Source: an uncultured Actinomycetota bacterium (GTDB taxonomy: Bacteria > Actinomycetota > Actinomycetes > JAHEKZ01). Taken from it: DNA of 64,000 nt. The translations under genes and the position numbers were made by a program. The notes under the pieces were generated by a model. The model was not told the DNA's origin. It searched no databases and saw only the letters and a list, made by a program, of their open reading frames with translations. The stretch's first letter is position 1. Each line of letters starts with the position of its first letter. This document shows positions 57,460 through 64,000 of the stretch, one piece after another. The stretch spans positions 64,001 through 128,000 of the forward strand of contig CAVURN010000003.1 in the NCBI GenBank assembly GCA_963743915.1, given 5' to 3'.

Positions 57460-58116
57460 CAGTCGCGCAGCTCCTTCAGGTCGTCCAGGTCGACCGACCC
57501 GACGTCGTCGCGCAGCCGGTTGGTCAGGACGACCAGGATCAGCACGACCAGCAGCACGTCGAGGGAGACCCCGAGCTCGACGACCAGCGGCACCCCTCCC
57601 GCGGTGAGGAACGCGACCGCGGCGATGCCGTTGTCCAGCATCAGGAAGCCCACCAGCTGCGACAGGGCCCGACCCCTGGTGACCAGCTGCAGGAAGCCGA
57701 TCAGCACGAGCGCGACGCCGACGGGAACAGCCTTGGTGGCCGCATCATCGCTCTGCTCCAGCAGCGGTGACGCGATCACGAAGGCCAGCGCGGTGAGGAG
57801 CACGACGAACAGCAGCGCCGCAGTGGGGTTGAGCCGCGAGGCGTCCCGCTGCTCTCGTGACACCGACGCGCCGTACCAGAGGACCGACGGCAGCACCCCG
57901 CCCTTGAGCACCAGGACCAGTGCCGCCACCACCAGCAGCTCGAGCTCTTGCTCGTGCAGCCCGATCACGGCGACCAGCGACGCCAGTGCCACCCCCTGCA
58001 GCGCCAGCAGCTGGATGGACGCGGTGAGCGAGTGCCGCCACACGATCAGCGCGGCGGTCAGCAGCAGCGCGCCGGCTGAGAGCGCTCAGCAGCTCGGAGA
58101 ACAACGTGGTCGACAT
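57459..58116 (-). CDS. hyfE: HyfE/HycP-like membrane subunit (frameshift near 5' end)
   Basis: QLVGFLMLDNGI, PLVVELGVSLD, LKELRD. Confidence 0.8.
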
Positions 58117-58126
58117 CGCGTCCCCC

Positions 58127-59076
58127 TCAAGCGACCAGGTAGGAGGCGGTGACGGCGAGGAAGGCGAGCGCGAACGAGCCGGCGAGCAGCTCGGGCACCC
58201 GGAACAGCCGCAGCTTGGCAAGGAACACCTCGCCGGCCCCGAGCAGCACCCCGACGATGCTCAGCTTGACCACGATGGCGACCACGCCGACGAGCAGACG
58301 GCCCCGACGCTGACCTCGGTGGCCACTCCCCAGGGCACCACCAGGTTCACCACGAGCCCGAGCAGCGCCGTCAGCCGCAGCCAGGAACCCCACTCGAGCC
58401 ACGCGAGATCGCGTCCGCTGCTCTCCAGCACCATCGCCTCGTGCACCATCGTCAGCTCGAGGTGCGTCGAAGGGTTGTCGACGGGCAGCCGTCCGGTCTC
58501 GGCCACGACGGCGATGCTCAGTGCGACCACGGCCAGCAGGCTCACGGGGGACGCCACGACGGCCGGGTCCTCGACCCTGGCGCCGACGATCAGGGAGAGC
58601 GCCGAGCTGCCGACCGGGATGGACAGCGCCAGGATCGACACCAGCACCGTCGGCTCGACCAGCGCCGCGATCATCATGTGCCGGCTCGAGCCCATTCCGC
58701 CGAACGCACTTCCCGCATCGAGCCCGAGCAGCGCCAGTGCGACGGTTCCGACCAGCAGCACCGAGACCACGACGAACAGGTCGTCGGGGATCGAGGGGAA
58801 CGTCACCGTGCCGACCAGTGGCACCAGCACCACGACGACCAGGCTCGACACCAGCACCACGAGGGGCGCCGCCACGAACAACCAGCTCGTCCCGTCCGCC
58901 CGCATCGGCTCTTTGCGGAGCAGCTTGACCAGGTCGCGCCAGGGCTGCAGGACGCCGGCACCGGCCCGTCCCTCCATCGTGGCCCGCGCCTGCCGGGTGA
59001 TCCCCACGAGCACCGGCGCCATCAGCAGCACGACGGTGACCTGGACGACGGCGAGGACGACAGCTGACCCGCTCAC
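58127..59076 (-). CDS. hycD: HyfC/HycD (NuoH-like) membrane subunit (frameshift near 58300)
   Basis: QPWRDLVKLLRKE, FGGMGSSR, ETGRLPVDNPSTHLELTMVHEAM, AKLRLFRVP. Confidence 0.85.
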
Positions 59077-61072
59077 AGCGCCACCACCACCAGCACGACC
59101 AGCAGCGCGGCGAACGAGTAGCCGAGGTAGCGGTGGAGACTGCCGTTCTGCAGCCCCCGAGCCCGTTCACCCACGCTCGCGGCACCGCGCAGCACCGGGC
59201 GGTAGACCCCCACCTCGACGGCGTCGACCACCCGCTGCCGGTACTCGATCCGCTCGACCAGGTAGCGCGACTCGTCCGCGTGCGTGACCTCGACGTCCCG
59301 GCTCGGACTGAGCATGTCGTCGAAGACCCGCACCAACGGCTCGGCGTACGACGTCGCGTTGTACTGCATGCGGGGGCTGGTGCGAGCGCCTCCACAGCCC
59401 CAGGCGAGAGCGGTACGTCGCCGTGGCACTGCGCGTCGGACGACGAGGACCGCGACGGCCACGGGCACAGCCACCGCCGCTGCCAGCAGGGTGAGCGCGA
59501 CGGGGTTGATCGAGGCGCCCAGGGCCGTGAGGTCGATGCCGCCGGCGGCACTGCCCTCGACACCATCTGCGCCGACGGCGTCGGCGAGCGCGCCGACGTA
59601 CGCGCCGGGGACCAGACCCAGTGCCACGACCGCTACGGCACCGACGAGCATGGACGCCCGCATCGTCGGCCCCGACTCGTGCGCGTGCTCAGCCGCTTCG
59701 CTGCGTGGCAGCGCCAGGAACGCGATCCCGTAGCTCTTGGCGAACGTCAGGAGCGCCAGACCCGCGGTGAGCGCCACGGCGGTCACCGCCAGCGGCAGGG
59801 CCACCGCCACCAGCCGGTCGTCCGGCTCGACACCGGCGATCAGCGACTGCAGCAGCACCCATTCGGCCACGAAGCCCCCGGTGACCGGCAGTGCGGCGGC
59901 TCCGAGCGCGGCCACTCCGAAGAGGGCGGCCGTCCACGGCATCCGCGCGCGCAGGCCCCCCAGGCTGTCGAGGTCTCGCTCGCCGGTCGCGTGCAGGATC
60001 GAGCCGGCGCCGAGGAACAGCACCGACTTGAAGGCCGCATGCGCGACGACGAGCAGCAGGCAGGCGACCAGCGCGACGTCGGCCGTGGACGCGGTGGCCG
60101 GTGCGCTCAGGATCTGAGCGACGCCGATCGCGAGCACCATCAGCCCGACGTTCTCGGTGGTGGAGTAGGCCAGCAACCGCTTGAGGTCGCTCGAGACCGA
60201 CGCCTGCAGGATCCCGTACACGGCAGACGCGGCACCAGCCAGGAGCAGCAGCAGCTCCCCACCACGCCGGCCCGTCCGGCAACAGCCGCAGCGTGGTCAG
60301 CAGGAGCCCGTAGATGCCCATCTTCACCATGGCGGCGCTCATCGCCGCGGACACGTGGCTCGGGGCCTCCGGGTGCGCACGCGGCAGCCAGACGTGCAGC
60401 GGGACGACCCCCGCCTTGGTCGCGAAGCCGAGAGCGAGCAGCACGAAGACGATGGAAGCTGCGGTGGTGGAGAGGCCGGCTGCGGACATGTCGTCGAACG
60501 CGGTGCTCCCGGTGGCGTCCACCAGCACGCCCGAACCCCGCCAGCAGCAACAGGAAGGACAGCTGCGTCATGCCGGCGTACCAGAGTGCCGCGGACCGTA
60601 CCTGCGGACGTGTCGCGTGGTCGGTGAGCACGAGCACGGTCGAGCAGACGGCCATCACCTCCCACGCGAGCAGGAACGTGAGGACGTCCCCCGCGGCGGG
60701 CACCATCTGCATGCCGAGCAGGAAGAACGTGAAGGCAGCCCAGGACGTGCGTGAGCCGGCCGCGCCCCGCGCGTAGCCGATGCCGTACACGGCAGCCAGC
60801 AGTCCCACCCCACCGACGACGGCGATGAAGAGGCCCCCGAGCCGGTCGGGCGCCAGGGTGAGGACGCCCCACGGCTCGGCCAGGTCGACGCGGAGCTCGC
60901 CCTCGGCGCCCGTCAGCGCGAGCAGTCCGGCAACGACGCCCGCGGCCGCGACGAGGGCGGAGCCGACACCGCCGACGAGCGCGCGCCGTTGGTCGCCGGC
61001 CAGCAGCACCGCACCCACCGCTGCTCCGGCCAGAAGCAGCTGGGCAACCAGGGCGAGCTCGAGCGAGGTCAT
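59073..61072 (-). CDS. hyfB: HyfB/Rv0083-like antiporter-type subunit (two or more frameshifts)
   Basis: FLLAWEVM, KAGVVPLHVWLPRAHPEAPS, KRLLAYST.EN, HAAFK, RMQY. Confidence 0.82.
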
Positions 61073-61554
61073 CGACCGGTGACCTGCCGCAGCGCCTCGA
61101 CGACCTGCTCCGGACGGGGTGGACACCCCGGAATCTCGACGTCGACCTCGACGACGTCGTCGACGGCTCCCGCCACTCCGTACCCGTCGGCGAAGACACC
61201 GCAGTTGCGGGCACAGTCGCCCATCGCGATCACCCGCCGCGGCCGCGGCGTCGCCTCGACGGTGCGCACGAGCGGCTGGAGCATGTTGCGGGTGACGACG
61301 CCGGTGACCAGGACGACGTCGGCGTGACGTGGTGAGGCGACGAGTCGGGCCCCGTACCGCTCTGCGTCGTACACCGGTCCGAAGGCGGCGCCCAGCTCGA
61401 TCTCGCACCCGTTGCACGAGCCGGCGTCGACGTGCCGGATCTGGACGCTGCCGGCGGCAAGCGGCAGTCGTGCCGTGGGCTCCGGCGCCGGCGGCGCGGC
61501 TTCGGCGACCCGCCCTGTCCGACCGATGAGTCGCGCGAGACGGAGCAGGCTCAT
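61069..61554 (-). CDS. NuoB/HycG-like small Fe-S subunit
   Basis: AGSCNGCEIE, SPRHAD, GDC, IPGCPPRP. Confidence 0.88.
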   Translation of the reverse strand: MSLLRLARLIGRTGRVAEAAPPAPEPTARLPLAAGSVQIRHVDAGSCNGCEIELGAAFGPVYDAERYGARLVASPRHADVVLVTGVVTRNMLQPLVRTVEATPRPRRVIAMGDCARNCGVFADGYGVAGAVDDVVEVDVEIPGCPPRPEQVVEALRQVTGR

Positions 61555-61907
61555 GAGCGCCGCCTCCGCGTCCGTGGCCCGAGCTCGCTGCGCAGCGCGT
61601 CCCTGTCGGTGTAGATCTGGTGGAGCAGCGTGCGGGCGGCCGTCAGCAGGTCGTCGACCCCCGGGACGCTGAGCGAGTAGCGGACCTCACCCGCCTCGCG
61701 GTACTGCTGCACGAGCCCGGCCCGTCGCAGGACGGCGAGCTGCTGCGAGAGGTTGCTCGCCTCGACGTCGATCGCCTCGAGCAGCTCGTGGACGGCGTGA
61801 TCACGCTGCACGAGCAGCTCGAGCACCCGGATCCGGGCTGGGTGCCCCAGAGTGCGGAAGAGCTCGGCCTTGACGGCGTAAAGAGGTTCGGGCACGCGGC
61901 GCTCCAA
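61551..61907 (-). CDS. ArsR/SmtB family regulator (Rv0081-like)
   Basis: KAELFRTLGHPARIRVLELL, SNLSQQLAVLRRAGLV; first gene of the operon. Confidence 0.88.
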   Translation of the reverse strand: MERRVPEPLYAVKAELFRTLGHPARIRVLELLVQRDHAVHELLEAIDVEASNLSQQLAVLRRAGLVQQYREAGEVRYSLSVPGVDDLLTAARTLLHQIYTDRDALRSELGPRTRRRRS

Positions 61908-61931
61908 GGTCGGTAACTGACGCCATCCTCA

Positions 61932-61954
61932 CTTGACGAAGTCTTCATGTCAAG
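61932..61954. promoter_or_regulatory. Palindromic operator candidate for the ArsR regulator
   Basis: CTTGAC-GAAG-T-CTTC-AT-GTCAAG immediately upstream of the operon. Confidence 0.55.
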
Positions 61955-62001
61955 AAGGGATCATCCATCCAGTGGTGACTCAGGTCACCGGCCGACTGCA
62001 C

Positions 62002-63471
62002 TCACCCAGGCGGGACGCCGTGGTGCTTCTCCGGCGTGTGACGCACCTTGTTGTCCAGCGCCGCGTACCGACGCACCAGCTCGCCCCGCAGGTCCTCCGG
62101 CTGCACAATCCCGTCGATCACCAGGTCGGACGCCAGCCGCATCAGGTCGACGTCCTCCTCGTACTCGGCGCGCTTGGCCGCGACGTACGCCGCCCGCTCA
62201 CCCTCATCGGAGATCGCCGCGATCTTCTTGGCGTACACCGCGTTCACCGCGGCGTCCGGGCCCATCACCGCGATGTGCGCGGTCGGCAGCGCCAGGCACG
62301 CGTCCGGGCTGAACCCCGGGCCGCCCATCGCGTAGAGCCCGGCCCCGTACGCCTTGCGCACGATCACCGAGATCTGCGGCACGGTCGCCTCGGCGACGGC
62401 CGTGATCATCTTCGCCCCGTGCCGGATGATGCCGGCCCGCTCCACCGACGCGCCGATCATGAAGCCCGGCACGTCCGCCAGGTACAGCAGCGGGAGGTTG
62501 AACGCGTCGCAGAACCAGATGAACCGCGCCGCCTTGTCGGCCGAGTCGTTGAACAGCACGCCGCCGCGCACCGCGGAGTTGTTCGCCACCACGCCCACCG
62601 GACGCCCGTCGATGCGTCCCAGCCCGGTCACCAGCTCGGCGGCGTACTCCGGCTTCAGCTCGAAGAACGAGTCGGCGTCCACCAGCGCCTCGATCACCAG
62701 ATGGATGTCGAACGGCTGCGACTCCGACTCCGGCACCACCGACGCGTCCAGCTCAGCCGAGGGCGCAGCACCCGAGTACGACGGCGGACGGTCCCGCCAC
62801 GACCCCGGCAGGTAGCTGAAGTAGACCTTCGCCTCCTCGATCGCCTCGCGGTCGTCGACCACCAGGTTGTCGCCGCACCCTGAGACGGTGGCGTGCATGC
62901 GTGCGCCGCCCATCTCCTCCAGCGTCACGGTCTCGCCGATGACCACCTCGGCCATCCGCGGAGATCCGAGGTACATGGATGCGTTGCCCTCGACCATGAA
63001 CACCGCGTCGCAGAACGCCGGGATGTACGCGCCACCGGCAGCGGACGGTCCGAACAGGCAGCAGATCTGCGGCACCCGCCCCGAGAGCGCCACCTGGTTG
63101 GCGAAGATTCGCCCGGCACCGCGGCGTCCGGGGAACAGGTCGACCTGGTCGGTGATCCGCGCCCCCGCAGAGTCGATGAACCAGAAAATCGGCAGCTCGG
63201 CGGCGAGCGCCCGCTCGGTGACCCGCACGATTTTCTCCACCGTGCGCGCGCCCCACGACCCGGCCTTCACCGTCCAGTCGTTGGCCACCACCAGCGCCGG
63301 ACGCCCATGCACCAGCCCCTGTCCGGTCACGACGCCGTCGGCGGGTAGCCCCTCGGCCAGCGCGTTGGCGAGCGCGCCGTCCTCGACGAAAGTGCCCGCG
63401 TCGAACAGCAGGTCGACCCGCTCGCGGGCGTGCAGCCGCTCCGGTGCAGGCGATTCAGCGGCGGCGGTCAT
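62002..63471 (-). CDS. Acyl-CoA carboxylase beta (carboxyltransferase) subunit
   Basis: ADGVVTG, DSAGARI, GPSAAGGAY, DVPGFMIG, RKAYGAG. Confidence 0.92.
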   Translation of the reverse strand: MTAAAESPAPERLHARERVDLLFDAGTFVEDGALANALAEGLPADGVVTGQGLVHGRPALVVANDWTVKAGSWGARTVEKIVRVTERALAAELPIFWFIDSAGARITDQVDLFPGRRGAGRIFANQVALSGRVPQICCLFGPSAAGGAYIPAFCDAVFMVEGNASMYLGSPRMAEVVIGETVTLEEMGGARMHATVSGCGDNLVVDDREAIEEAKVYFSYLPGSWRDRPPSYSGAAPSAELDASVVPESESQPFDIHLVIEALVDADSFFELKPEYAAELVTGLGRIDGRPVGVVANNSAVRGGVLFNDSADKAARFIWFCDAFNLPLLYLADVPGFMIGASVERAGIIRHGAKMITAVAEATVPQISVIVRKAYGAGLYAMGGPGFSPDACLALPTAHIAVMGPDAAVNAVYAKKIAAISDEGERAAYVAAKRAEYEEDVDLMRLASDLVIDGIVQPEDLRGELVRRYAALDNKVRHTPEKHHGVPPG

Positions 63472-64000
63472 CCGCCCGCTCCGGTGCTGATCGGCAGACC
63501 GAGGCTGCGCGCAATGATGAGCCGCTGCACCTCGGACGTGCCCTCGCCGATCTCGAGGATCTTCGCGTCGCGGTAGAGCCGTGCCACCGGCGACTCCTCC
63601 ATGAACCCGTAGCCGCCGAACACCTGCGTCGCCGTTCGCGTCGCGCGCACGGCCGCCTCGGTGGCGAACAGCTTCGCGGTGGACGCCGCGCGCGCCACCT
63701 CGGCGCCGGGGCGTCCGGCGTCCTTCATCGCAGCAGCCGAGTAGGTGAGCAGCCGCGCCGCCTCGAGGTCGACGGCGAGGTCGCTGATCGGGAACGCGAC
63801 CCCCTGCCGCGAGCCGATCGCTGCGCCGAACGTAGTGCGCGTGCCCGCGTAGGCGACGCACTCGTCCAGGCACCGCTGCAGCAGCCCGACCGCGAGCGCC
63901 GCGATGGCGATGCGACCGTCGACCAGGATGCCGAGCATCTGCCGGAGGCCGGCTCCGCGCTCGCCGAGCAGCGCGTCCTCGGGTACGCGGCAGTCGTCGA
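63468..64000 (-). CDS. Acyl-CoA dehydrogenase, C-terminal part, truncated by window end
   Basis: GRIAIAA, AKLFATE, QVFGGYGF, YRDAKILEIGEGTSEVQR. Confidence 0.92.
   Translation of the reverse strand, partial: DDCRVPEDALLGERGAGLRQMLGILVDGRIAIAALAVGLLQRCLDECVAYAGTRTTFGAAIGSRQGVAFPISDLAVDLEAARLLTYSAAAMKDAGRPGAEVARAASTAKLFATEAAVRATRTATQVFGGYGFMEESPVARLYRDAKILEIGEGTSEVQRLIIARSLGLPISTGAGG

Noticed and set aside
54534-61554. Calling the operon a formate hydrogenlyase or NiFe hydrogenase-4
   Set aside because: Large subunit lacks the Ni-binding cysteines; no formate dehydrogenase or maturases nearby

Overview
High-GC chromosomal window with an actinobacterial gene set (glf/glfT2, mycoredoxin, ECF42 sigma factor, Rv0081-Rv0087-like operon) and about 60 genes. 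I saw no rRNA, tRNA, CRISPR array, integrase or transposase. Many genes are split by single-base indels, most densely at 44.6-52.3 kb, which most likely reflects long-read consensus error, so split genes are reported as reconstructed loci. Main content: (1) 5.9-17.9 kb, an intact cell-envelope locus where UDP-Galf synthesis and two galactofuranosyltransferase-like genes sit among five paralogous sulfotransferase-fold genes, a sixth sulfotransferase of another family and a polysaccharide pyruvyltransferase. This is the best candidate for an undescribed system (a sulfated/pyruvylated galactofuran). (2) An orphan non-pyrrolysine MttB methyltransferase. (3) A run of secreted proteins next to a DUF4242 gene and a LuxR-ATPase regulator. 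(4) An indel-rich peptide ABC transporter/S9 peptidase operon. (5) An Ehr-type hydrogenase-like complex whose large subunit lacks the NiFe cysteines. (6) Several intergenic palindromes, operator arrays and a duplicated gene 3' end. All calls come from motif recognition by eye; no database searches were run.
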